Source of the DNA: Photobacterium aphoticum
Lineage (GTDB): Bacteria; Pseudomonadota; Gammaproteobacteria; Enterobacterales; Vibrionaceae
NCBI RefSeq assembly: GCF_001029435.1
Contig: NZ_LDOV01000053.1
Span: 14,592-38,591, forward strand
DNA length: 24,000 bases
Reading direction: 5' to 3'
Shown: piece after piece, positions 1 to 8,031 of the stretch
Numbering within the stretch: the stretch's first letter is position 1
Layout of the letters: each line of letters begins with the position of its first letter
Translations under genes and position numbers: made by a program
The notes under the pieces: model-generated
Told to the model about the DNA's origin: nothing
Database searches by the model: none
The model's input: the letters and a program-made list of their open reading frames with translations, nothing else

Positions 1-12
1 AAGAGCGGCTCG

Positions 13-35
13 AAAAGACGGCATCAGAAGATCCG
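13..35 (-). terminator. Weak candidate intrinsic terminator downstream of terE
   Basis: On the minus strand, CGGATC-ttct-GAT(G)CCG forms a 6-bp hairpin with one bulge, followed by TCTTTTCG, about 50 nt after the terE stop. The stem is short and the window edge prevents a context check. Confidence 0.3.
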
Positions 36-85
36 CATACCATCAAAAGCGCGACATCAAAGACGCACTGATTGGTTTAGCTCGA

Positions 86-661
86 TTACACGTTAACACC
101 GTGCTCACGTGCCAATGCCGCTAGGCCGCCAGCAAAACCTTGACCCACAGCTTTGAATTTCCAATCACCATTGTGACGGTATAGCTCACCAAAGATCATT
201 GCCGTTTCAACAGACGCATCTTCAGACAAGTCAAAACGTGCGATTTCAGCGTTGTTATCGCTATTCACAATACGCATGTACGCGTTAGACACCTGACCGA
301 AGTTCTGGCTACGCACGTCAGCATCATGAATGGTCACGGCAAACACCAGTTTCTTCACTTCTGCTGGCACTTTATCAAAGCTGACAGTCACAGTTTCATC
401 ATCGCCGTCACCTTCGCCGGTGCGGTTGTCACCGTTGTGAACCACTGAGCCACATGCACTGGTGGTGTTGTTGAAGAAGATGAAGCTTGTATCAGACAAA
501 ACTTTGTTGTCATCGCCAACCATAAATACAGAACAGTCCAAGTCAAACTCTTGACCATCTGTTGCGCGTGCATCCCAGCCTAGGCCAGACAGTGCCACTT
601 TCATGGTTGGGGCTTCTTTGGTAAGAGAGACGTTACCGCCTTTAACTAATGAAACAGCCAT
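86..661 (-). CDS. terE: TerD-family tellurium/stress resistance protein TerE (191 aa)
   Basis: The protein begins [13 protein letters not shown] and carries DGQEFDLD and [13 protein letters not shown] acidic Ca-site motifs plus C-terminal [19 protein letters not shown]. The length matches TerE. I chose the ATG at 659-661 rather than the ORF-track start at 706, because the N-terminus then matches TerD/TerE. It is the last gene of the terZABCDE order. Confidence 0.93.
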   Translation of the reverse strand: MAVSLVKGGNVSLTKEAPTMKVALSGLGWDARATDGQEFDLDCSVFMVGDDNKVLSDTSFIFFNNTTSACGSVVHNGDNRTGEGDGDDETVTVSFDKVPAEVKKLVFAVTIHDADVRSQNFGQVSNAYMRIVNSDNNAEIARFDLSEDASVETAMIFGELYRHNGDWKFKAVGQGFAGGLAALAREHGVNV

Positions 662-761
662 GTTCATTCCTTTTTGATGACAATTAAAATCAAAATACGT
701 GTACATTCACACGCAATGCGGGGAAGTTGCCCTCCCCCTGTTTGTTACTCATTAACAGCAA

Positions 762-1340
762 TTAAGACGCGTTGATGCCATATTGGGCACACATCGCGCC
801 AAGGCCGCCGCTGTAGCCTTGACCTACTGCACGGAATTTCCACTCACCATTGTGACGGTATAACTCACCAAAAATCATAGCGGTTTCCGTTGAGGCATCT
901 TCCGTCAAATCGTAACGCGCCACTTCCACATTGGTGTCTTCATTCACAATACGCATGAACGCATTGCTTACCTGACCAAAGCTCTGACGGCGCGTCATCG
1001 CATCGTGGATAGTGACAGTGAAAGCAATCTTCGTCACATCCGTGGGTACGTTATTCAACTCCACGATCAAGGACTCATCATCCCCGTCGCCTTCACCGGT
1101 ACGGTTATCACCGGTATGCACAACCGAGCCATCCAGAGAACGCAGGTTGTTGTAAAAAATGAAATCATTGTCGTGACGGACGCGGCCCATGTCTGACAAC
1201 AGGAACGCTGAACCATCAAGGTCGAAGTCCTGTCCGTCTGTGGCGCGTGTATCCCAACCCAGCCCCACGCGAACACGCACAAGGGATGGATCGGTTTTAC
1301 TCAGTGAAACATTACCGCCTTTAGATAATGAAACGCCCAT
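762..1340 (-). CDS. terD: Tellurium/stress resistance protein TerD (192 aa)
   Basis: [16 protein letters not shown]-terminus, [21 protein letters not shown] and [19 protein letters not shown]. The length is that of TerD. An AAGGAAG RBS lies 6 nt upstream of the ATG. Confidence 0.95.
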   Translation of the reverse strand: MGVSLSKGGNVSLSKTDPSLVRVRVGLGWDTRATDGQDFDLDGSAFLLSDMGRVRHDNDFIFYNNLRSLDGSVVHTGDNRTGEGDGDDESLIVELNNVPTDVTKIAFTVTIHDAMTRRQSFGQVSNAFMRIVNEDTNVEVARYDLTEDASTETAMIFGELYRHNGEWKFRAVGQGYSGGLGAMCAQYGINAS

Positions 1341-1372
1341 TCATGTCTTCCTTTTCATTTATCAACTTGGCA

Positions 1373-2419
1373 TTAAGCCGGTTTAGAGGTCTGTTCTTCG
1401 TCTTTCTTCTCAGGGAAGAGATAGCTGGCCAGTACACCCGCAACCAACACCGTGATCACCACAATCAAGCTGGTGGTAGCAGAAATGGTGTATTCATGGC
1501 CGAACAAATGAGAGGTCGCATTGAGGCCCAACTTACCTGCAATGAAGAACAACAATGCAATCACCGCTTTTTCAAGGTGGATCAGGTACTGCTTCATGGC
1601 TTCGAGAACGAAGTACAAGGTACGCAAACCCAAAATGGCAAACATCATGGCGCTGTAGACAATCAATGGCTCACGGCTGACCGCGATCACGGCCGGTACC
1701 GAGTCAAACGCAAACATCACGTCAGACAATTCCACCACCGCCAGACACAACAACAATGGCGTTGCGTAATATTTCGCCTTGCTAGTGCGGCCAACGGTCA
1801 CGTCTGCGTTCTCTGGTTTTGCCAGTTCTTCATCAACGTCTTTTTGTTTGATCAGGAAGTTATTACCTTTGATCTTTGGCCATACCGGAAACAGACGCTT
1901 CACTGCGCGGTACGCCAAATGCTGGGAATAATCTTCCACTTCGTCTTCCTGATCACCGCTGCGCAGCATCATCACCGCCGTCCAGGCCACCATCAGGGCA
2001 AAGACCACTTCCACCCAAGGGCCCAGCGCCAGCAAGCTGGTACCGATAGCGACAAAGATCCCCCGGAACACGATGGCACCGATGATCCCCCAGTAGAGGA
2101 TGCGGTGGCGGTACTTGTCAGGGACAGAGAACCAGGTAAAGATCGCCATGATCACAAACAAGTTATCGACGGAGAGCACTTTCTCCAGGGCATAACCGGT
2201 CACAAAGAGACTAGCAACTTCTAGTCCGTGGTGTAGATACAAGAACCCGGCGAAAGCAAAGGCCACAACAATCCAGAAAATGGACCACATAATGGCGCTT
2301 TTCAGCGGGATCACCTTGTCGTCACGGTGCATGTATAAATCGATTAAAATCGCACCGACTGACAAGCATACAAAGACCAATACGGTCTCAATGGGAAAAC
2401 CGATATGCGTTGATTCCAT
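1373..2419 (-). CDS. terC: Integral membrane protein TerC (348 aa)
   Basis: Multi-pass hydrophobic protein with the duplicated TerC-family signatures LSVDNLFVIMAIF and ELSDVMFAFDSVPAV. Position between terB and terD, and a length close to E. coli TerC. Confidence 0.95.
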   Translation of the reverse strand: MESTHIGFPIETVLVFVCLSVGAILIDLYMHRDDKVIPLKSAIMWSIFWIVVAFAFAGFLYLHHGLEVASLFVTGYALEKVLSVDNLFVIMAIFTWFSVPDKYRHRILYWGIIGAIVFRGIFVAIGTSLLALGPWVEVVFALMVAWTAVMMLRSGDQEDEVEDYSQHLAYRAVKRLFPVWPKIKGNNFLIKQKDVDEELAKPENADVTVGRTSKAKYYATPLLLCLAVVELSDVMFAFDSVPAVIAVSREPLIVYSAMMFAILGLRTLYFVLEAMKQYLIHLEKAVIALLFFIAGKLGLNATSHLFGHEYTISATTSLIVVITVLVAGVLASYLFPEKKDEEQTSKPA

Positions 2420-2435
2420 GTTTATAACTACCTAA

Positions 2436-2891
2436 TTACAGATGATATTCATCTGTTGAGAATCCCAATGCCTGGCAAATTTCACGGGCGATGGCTTTTT
2501 CCTGATCATCAAAATCGCCGTCACTTTTTGCCACCGCAATGCCGACACGTAGCGCTAACTGCGCCGCATCCGGCTGATCTTTCAAGCGCATCACATATTT
2601 CATCGCTTCGCCTTTACCGATATCGACATCAAATTCAAAACCGGTTGCCAGCTCATTGAAGAAAGCGATGACTTCTTGCACATCAAACACAGCTAAGTCT
2701 TTTGACTGCTGAATAAAGCCCACCATTTTTTGCTTTTCTTCTGCGCTCGCTCCGTTCGATGCCATGCTGATGCACGCACAGACCGCCACAGTCCCTTCCA
2801 TGAATTTGCGATTTTTAAAACGGCTCACTTGGCTCGCTAATTCACTCTGACCCGCAGAGACTGCATTTTTAATCTTGTTAAAAATTGACAT
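2436..2891 (-). CDS. terB: Tellurite resistance protein TerB (151 aa)
   Basis: MSIFNKIKNAV... through ...KSDGDFDDQEKAIAREICQALGF is typical of the TerB helical domain. The ATG at 2889-2891 is preceded by AAGGAAAT. The ORF-track start at 2939 would overlap the terA 3' end. Confidence 0.93.
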   Translation of the reverse strand: MSIFNKIKNAVSAGQSELASQVSRFKNRKFMEGTVAVCACISMASNGASAEEKQKMVGFIQQSKDLAVFDVQEVIAFFNELATGFEFDVDIGKGEAMKYVMRLKDQPDAAQLALRVGIAVAKSDGDFDDQEKAIAREICQALGFSTDEYHL

Positions 2892-2901
2892 AGTTATTTC
2901 C

Positions 2902-4110
2902 TTATTTGCTGCCGGCACGCCACCGGAAACCCCAACCAAATGCGCTGTCTAGCTCTTCGTGTCCGGAGAAATAACGGTCTAAACGCTGCACCGTAATTAC
3001 CCCGTTATCGTTGATCAATCGCGCAACGGCACACATACACTTGGTACGTCCACCCTCGGTCAAGCGAGTTTCTACTGGCGGTTCGTTTGGCACGGTGATC
3101 GTCACCGCACCATCGGTTTTGGTCCAATCCGGTACGCCCTGATAAATGAAGGCAAACACCAGCACTTCCGAAATGTGTTTCCAGTTGTCCCCGTTAATGT
3201 GTAGCCATTCACCGCTCTGAGAGGCCCCGGTGCGATCATCTTCCAGCAAGCGCACAAACGGCGGCCTGTTGAGATCACCAAACCGATTACCCAACGCCTG
3301 CACAATGTCGGCACTGCCATCTTTCATCCGCACAAACGCCCCGAGATCCAAATCCACTCCAGACGAACCAAAAATCCCGCTCAAGAAACCTTGGCCATTG
3401 TGGGTACCACGGTGCCAATTCAAATTCACTTTGATCAGCCCGTAATCCTGGCGTTTGGTTAAATTGACACTCGGATTCTGCTTGGTCAGCGATATCTTGC
3501 TCAGGTTAATCGTTGGCGATGGTGCCTGACCGGCCTGAGCCGCTGTTGATGAAGAAGGCACAGGAGAACCAACAGGCGGTGTCGTTGATGGCGGCGGCGA
3601 GGCAGGCGTTTGATCTTCATCCACCACCACACCATAAAACTCCGCCAGCGGTTTCAAACCACCGTTAAAGCCCTGTGCGACAAAGCGGAATTTCCACTGA
3701 CCATTGCGGCGATAACATTCACCCAAGATCAGCGCCCCTTCCGTTCTGGCTTGCATCTCGACATTCGCCTGAATATGAACCTGTCCAGCCTGCTCGATTT
3801 GAATCGTGATATGGCCCAAGGTAGACACCGTCTGGCCCGGATTGCAGGTACAGGTAAACGCCACCTTCTCGATATTGGCCGGCAGGCGATTCACATTCAG
3901 GGAGTACGAGGTATTCGTGCCTTCACTACGCAGCACCACGGCCTGCTCACGACACGCACGTTGACCGTAAAAGATCATGTCTGCGTCATGGGCCACTTTG
4001 CCATTGGCCTGCAAACGAAACGCAGACACATCGACGGGCTTTCCGGTAAGCACCCGCACGGTCAACTCACCGGCCGGAACCGGTGAATTTCCACCCGCTA
4101 TCAGTAACAT
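2902..4110 (-). CDS. terA: TerA, a two-TerD-fold-domain protein (402 aa)
   Basis: The N-terminal TerD-like domain ends ECYRRNGQWKFRFVAQGF. A Pro/Ser/Thr-rich linker (aa ~164-200, nt 3511-3621) follows. The C-terminal TerD-like domain has VDLDLG and a degenerate acidic loop, EDDRTGASQSGEW. Position between terZ and terB. Confidence 0.9.
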   Translation of the reverse strand: MLLIAGGNSPVPAGELTVRVLTGKPVDVSAFRLQANGKVAHDADMIFYGQRACREQAVVLRSEGTNTSYSLNVNRLPANIEKVAFTCTCNPGQTVSTLGHITIQIEQAGQVHIQANVEMQARTEGALILGECYRRNGQWKFRFVAQGFNGGLKPLAEFYGVVVDEDQTPASPPPSTTPPVGSPVPSSSTAAQAGQAPSPTINLSKISLTKQNPSVNLTKRQDYGLIKVNLNWHRGTHNGQGFLSGIFGSSGVDLDLGAFVRMKDGSADIVQALGNRFGDLNRPPFVRLLEDDRTGASQSGEWLHINGDNWKHISEVLVFAFIYQGVPDWTKTDGAVTITVPNEPPVETRLTEGGRTKCMCAVARLINDNGVITVQRLDRYFSGHEELDSAFGWGFRWRAGSK

Positions 4111-4116
4111 GACACG

Positions 4117-4707
4117 TTACACCAGCGCGTTTTTGATCACCGGGATCATGTCTTCCACGGTACGGCCCTGACAAGGCAGCCCGTGCGCCGTGAAGGACCA
4201 GTCACCGCCCTGGCGGGCCAGTGACGCAATCAAAATACCGGAATGTGGACCTTGTTCATTCAGTTTGTAATGACACACTTCCTGCTGACCGCTTGTCGTA
4301 TTCACGACACGACAGAACGCATTTTCGACTTCATTGAAAGTCTGCCCACGGAAGCTGTTTACCGTCACGGCTAAAAATGCCACGTTGCTTGGCAAAGCAT
4401 TCAGGTTCACGTCGATCACTTCATCATCGCCGTCCCCTTCGCCCGTCATGTTATCGCCACGGTGACGCACGGAACCACAACGGGAATTCAGTTGCTGGAA
4501 CCATACAAGATCAATCGGGTTGCCTTGCGCATCAAACAATACGCATGACGCATCCAAATCAATAGAATCTGATCCGCCAAACAGGCCGCCAAAAAAGCCG
4601 GCTTTCTTTTTAATCGGATCCCAACCAAGACCAATAGCGATCGTCGATAACGCAGAACCTGCTGTTTTCGCTAAAGAAACAGATTGATTTTTACTTAATG
4701 AAACCAA
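4117..4707 (-). CDS. terZ: TerD-family protein TerZ (196 aa), TTG start
   Basis: (M)VSLSKNQSVSLAK N-terminus, SIDLDASC and [13 protein letters not shown]. The TTG at 4705-4707 lies 6 nt after TAAGGAG. The 251-aa ORF-track version extends 55 codons into the AT-rich intergenic region with no homology-like sequence. Confidence 0.9.
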   Translation of the reverse strand: MVSLSKNQSVSLAKTAGSALSTIAIGLGWDPIKKKAGFFGGLFGGSDSIDLDASCVLFDAQGNPIDLVWFQQLNSRCGSVRHRGDNMTGEGDGDDEVIDVNLNALPSNVAFLAVTVNSFRGQTFNEVENAFCRVVNTTSGQQEVCHYKLNEQGPHSGILIASLARQGGDWSFTAHGLPCQGRTVEDMIPVIKNALV

Positions 4708-4986
4708 GTGAATCTCCTTATTACGGGTGTAATAACGTCCATTCCATATATCAATAAAAATATCAACAAAGGGTATATTGCTGATAGCTTTAGATAAAAC
4801 ACTTAGCCACGTATACAACCTATGAGGATGTGCCTTTATAGATGTATTCGGTGAGTAAACACGATAATACATTAAATTTTATCTTGTGTTTCCCATTCTA
4901 TTAATGGCTGGAACAAATTTGTGATTATTCACGCAAATAAACTGTATTCGATGTGACAACCGCACCGTTGTATTGATAATCGCCTT
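4708..4986. promoter_or_regulatory. Divergent promoter/control region between terZABCDE and the PRTase-HAD-StiP-lyase operon
   Basis: A 279-bp AT-rich non-coding gap between two divergently oriented operon starts. It contains the near-palindrome GTGATTATTCAC (4921-4932) and a TATCAA-N6-TATCAA direct repeat. I cannot place -10/-35 elements confidently. Confidence 0.5.
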
Positions 4987-6153
4987 ATGAATATTTCGCC
5001 CTCTGTCACGACTGAATTATCCACTATGATGAATAAAAGAAATCAACCGCTTTCGACGGGCACCATTGCCATGCAGATTGCCAAAGGTAAATGGCAAGAT
5101 ACTGATTTATTTGAGTTTGCAGAAAGAAAAAACCCGAAGCGCGCGTTCTTATTTGTCAGCAAAATTCTGGGTAAACATATCCCTGTTTCTCCTCGTAAAA
5201 TGCGATCCGCTTATCAGGATTTAGCACAACAAATACCTGAAAATATTCCCGAGCCCATCTTATTTATCGGCATGGCAGAAACCGCCGTGGGTTTAGCGGG
5301 CGGAATATATGAAGAAGCGAGAAAGAAATACCCAAACAGTTTGTTATTAACCACTACACGCCACCCGATTGACAGTGAATTATTGTGTGAATTTAAAGAA
5401 GAACATTCGCATGCTACTGACCATTTGATTTATATTCCTGACGGTGAAAACAAAATATCTTTTTGCACAAAATTTCGGACGCTGATCTTAATTGATGATG
5501 AATCCACAACAGGTCGAACATTTCATAATTTAATTTCATCTTTATTTCATGCCGGTCTTCGTGGCATTTCACAAATATTCACTGTGACTCTGACTGATTG
5601 GTCGGGCGATGTCTTGTCCCACCAGCATGATATGCCTATTACCTCCTTGGCATTAATGCGAGGCCAATGGGAATGGCACCCTGATCCCTCCGCGCCACTG
5701 CCGACCATGCCCAATGTGAATGTGACAGAAAAAGGCGCAGCCATGCTCTCAAGTCGTCAGGATTGGGGACGACGGGGGATGGCAGCCTATGACGGTACAG
5801 GTTGGCTAAACCGTTACAGTGCCTCGCCTGGCGAGCGCATTTTAGTGCTGGGCACCGGGGAATTCCTGTATCCGCCCTTTTTACTGGCCGAACAGTTAGA
5901 GCAGCAAGGGGCAGAGGTGCGCTTTAGCTCCACCACACGTTCCCCGATTGCCGAAGGGTTAGCGATTCAGTCCAGTCTCGCCTTTACCGACAACTATGGC
6001 CTGAATATCCCTAACTACTGTTACAACGTTGCCCATCAAACGTTTGATCGGATCATCGTCTGTACCGAAACCCGCGATTGCGATCTGGATCCGGCGTTCC
6101 TCGCCGCACTCGCCAATGTCGCTACCACCGTGGAGGTCGCCGTGTATGACTAA
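4987..6153 (+). CDS. ter-associated phosphoribosyltransferase-domain protein (PRTase + C-terminal TRSP-like region)
   Basis: Classical type I PRPP-binding loop LILIDDESTTGRTF. The N-terminal ERKNPKRAFLFVSKILGKHIPV block is as I recall it from ter-linked PRTase proteins. It is divergent from terZ. The start is uncertain (4987, or the ATGs near 5026), and neither has a strong RBS. Confidence 0.8.
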   Translation: MNISPSVTTELSTMMNKRNQPLSTGTIAMQIAKGKWQDTDLFEFAERKNPKRAFLFVSKILGKHIPVSPRKMRSAYQDLAQQIPENIPEPILFIGMAETAVGLAGGIYEEARKKYPNSLLLTTTRHPIDSELLCEFKEEHSHATDHLIYIPDGENKISFCTKFRTLILIDDESTTGRTFHNLISSLFHAGLRGISQIFTVTLTDWSGDVLSHQHDMPITSLALMRGQWEWHPDPSAPLPTMPNVNVTEKGAAMLSSRQDWGRRGMAAYDGTGWLNRYSASPGERILVLGTGEFLYPPFLLAEQLEQQGAEVRFSSTTRSPIAEGLAIQSSLAFTDNYGLNIPNYCYNVAHQTFDRIIVCTETRDCDLDPAFLAALANVATTVEVAVYD

Positions 6154-6955
6154 GCCCCTGTTTTTGGTTGATCTGGACGACAACCTATTCCAAACCCAAC
6201 GCAAGATGACGCAGAAAGGGCAAACACCGGCTGAAACCGCCGCCCTTGATCGCGCCCTGAAACCTCGCAGTTTTTTCTCACAAGAACAGGCTAACTTTGT
6301 GCATTGGCTGTTGGAACATGCCGATGTGATTCCGGTAACAGCGCGAGGCACCGAAGAAACCGCCCGCGTAACCATTCCCTTTACCTCATGGAAAGTGATG
6401 ACCCATGGTGCGGTGATCACTATGCCGGATGATCAGCCAGATCCTCAATGGCAAGATCAGATCCAAACCGCACTGATCCCTTATCAGCAGCAACTACACG
6501 ATCGTCAAGCCGCGCTGACCGCTGCGTTTAACGCCGCCAATATTGACGCATGGGCGCGCATTAACTTCGAATACGACGGTCAGGCCATCTACTTAGTGGC
6601 TAAACACACCGACAGCAGCAAGATTGACGAATTGTATGCGGTGGCGGATCAGGTCGACCGTGAACTGGGCACCGACGGCTTTTACATTCACCGTAACGAC
6701 AACAATATCGCCTGGCTGCCGCACTGCATTGAAAAAGGCAAAGCCACCCGTTACCTCATCGACAAACTGCGTGCCGACGAGCCGCACAAACCCATTATCG
6801 GATTAGGCGACAGCTTAAGTGACATGACTTTCTTACGTCAGTGCTCCTGGTTTGGCATGCCGCCACACAGCCAGTTGTCCAAACCGCTGTTGGATTTTAT
6901 CGATGCCGAACACGGCTCAACTCAACCCACAACGACCAAGTGGAATAATGTATGA
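6146..6955 (+). CDS. HAD-superfamily phosphatase (269 aa)
   Basis: HAD motif I LVDLDDNLF (DxD nucleophile pair), motif II VIPVTARG and motif IV GLGDSLSDMTF. The ATG at 6146 overlaps the upstream stop (ATGACTAA). The ORF-track start at 6029 lies inside the previous gene. Confidence 0.85.
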   Translation: MTKPLFLVDLDDNLFQTQRKMTQKGQTPAETAALDRALKPRSFFSQEQANFVHWLLEHADVIPVTARGTEETARVTIPFTSWKVMTHGAVITMPDDQPDPQWQDQIQTALIPYQQQLHDRQAALTAAFNAANIDAWARINFEYDGQAIYLVAKHTDSSKIDELYAVADQVDRELGTDGFYIHRNDNNIAWLPHCIEKGKATRYLIDKLRADEPHKPIIGLGDSLSDMTFLRQCSWFGMPPHSQLSKPLLDFIDAEHGSTQPTTTKWNNV

Positions 6956-8031
6956 CGACGTTTTCCGGTGCTTATTCACCCAACGATATCACCTTTCTGC
7001 TTACACCTATCGACATGGTCATGACCTCGGTGGAAGAAAAGGAACGGTTAATCCAATCTGGTCAGGCACATTACTCAGACATGCTCAGCCAAGAGCCGGC
7101 ACCGTCTGACGAACATTTGTCGATTTATGCTCAAGCCTTAGCCGACGGCGAACAGCGTCTGGCGAAAGAAGTGATGGTACTTGCCCTACAACTGCGCGAA
7201 CACTTTGCCGATAAACCGGTGGTGCTGACCAGCTTGGTCCGTGCGGGGGTGCCTTTAGGGGTCATGCTGCACCGTGCGTTGCAACAACTGGGACACCCAT
7301 CTTTTCACTATGGGATCAGCATTATTCGTGACCGGGGCATTGATGACAAAGCCCTGTCTGAAATAGAAGCCAAACACGGTACAGACAGCATTGTGTTTGT
7401 CGATGGCTGGACCGGAAAAGGAGCGATCACTCGTCAGCTCACCGCTTCTTTATCACAGCGTAAAGGCTATCCCGCTCAACCGCGCTTAGTGGTGTTGGCG
7501 GACCCGTGTGGTATGGCATGGATGAGCGCATCTGATGAAGACTGGTTGATCCCGTTTGGTATTCTCGGCGCGCCGGTCTCCGGTTTAGTGTCTCGCTCGG
7601 TATGGGCCAGTGAGGATTATCACGGCTGCGTCATTTGCGATCATCTGGCTGACTATGAATGCAGTCGCGCACTGGTGGATCGCATCAGCGCATTGCAACG
7701 CAGCTTACACTCACAGGCTATCGACACCCTTACATGGCAAACACCGTCGCACGACCACCACACCACTTTGCAAACCCTCTCACAGCAAGTGTTAGACGAT
7801 TTGCAACAGGCTTATCAGGTCGACCATATCAATCGCATTAAGCCGGGCATTGCCGAAGCCACCCGCGCTGTATTACGCCGGGTGCCAGATCATGTGCTGG
7901 TGCGAGACAAGCAAGATCCGGATGTCAAACTGCTGGTGCATTTAGCCGAGAAAAAGCACATCACCGTGATTGAAGCCGGTTCACGCCTTGGCCAGTACCG
8001 CGCCACGACAATCATCAAGAAGGTATTATGA
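6952..8031 (+). CDS. StiP-family ('cysteine protease StiP') PRTase-like protein with C-terminal PELOTA-like region
   Basis: PRTase-like loop IVFVDGWTGKGAI. The size (359 aa) and position in a ter-linked operon match the family as I recall it. ATGA start/stop overlap with the HAD gene. The PELOTA-like assignment of the C-terminus comes from family knowledge, not from a motif I can point to. Confidence 0.7.
   Translation: MTTFSGAYSPNDITFLLTPIDMVMTSVEEKERLIQSGQAHYSDMLSQEPAPSDEHLSIYAQALADGEQRLAKEVMVLALQLREHFADKPVVLTSLVRAGVPLGVMLHRALQQLGHPSFHYGISIIRDRGIDDKALSEIEAKHGTDSIVFVDGWTGKGAITRQLTASLSQRKGYPAQPRLVVLADPCGMAWMSASDEDWLIPFGILGAPVSGLVSRSVWASEDYHGCVICDHLADYECSRALVDRISALQRSLHSQAIDTLTWQTPSHDHHTTLQTLSQQVLDDLQQAYQVDHINRIKPGIAEATRAVLRRVPDHVLVRDKQDPDVKLLVHLAEKKHITVIEAGSRLGQYRATTIIKKVL

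Noticed and set aside
1-85. Possible 3' end of a plus-strand gene (frame 3 reads ...ERLEKTASEDPHTIKSATSKTH* ending at 69)
   Set aside because: Only 22 codons are visible, all three plus frames stay open for most of this stretch, and no motif is present. This cannot be distinguished from non-coding sequence downstream of terE.
1328-2224. 298-aa plus-strand ORF antisense to terC
   Set aside because: It lies entirely inside the well-supported terC gene on the opposite strand. The translation is His/Gln/Arg-rich low-complexity sequence with no recognisable motif or RBS, so it is a typical shadow ORF.
2420-2435. Looked for a yybP-ykoY (Mn) riboswitch, which often precedes TerC-family genes
   Set aside because: terC here is internal to the operon, with only a 16-nt gap after terB, which leaves no room for a riboswitch. 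The operon leader (4708-4986) showed no recognisable yybP-ykoY-like helices by eye.
3610-4086. 158-aa plus-strand ORF antisense to terA (also 3102-3320, 3230-3445, 3977-4171)
   Set aside because: These are shadow ORFs within terA with no motifs and no start context. The terA reading frame is strongly supported by TerD-fold motifs.
4905-4920. Sigma-54-like TGGC element (TGGCTGGAACAAATTT) upstream of the PRTase operon
   Set aside because: The -12 position lacks the required GC (TTGC) element at the correct GG-N10-GC spacing.
5959-6420. 153-aa minus-strand ORF spanning the PRTase/HAD junction
   Set aside because: It is antisense to two motif-supported, translationally coupled genes. The sequence is Arg/Ser/Cys-rich and non-protein-like.
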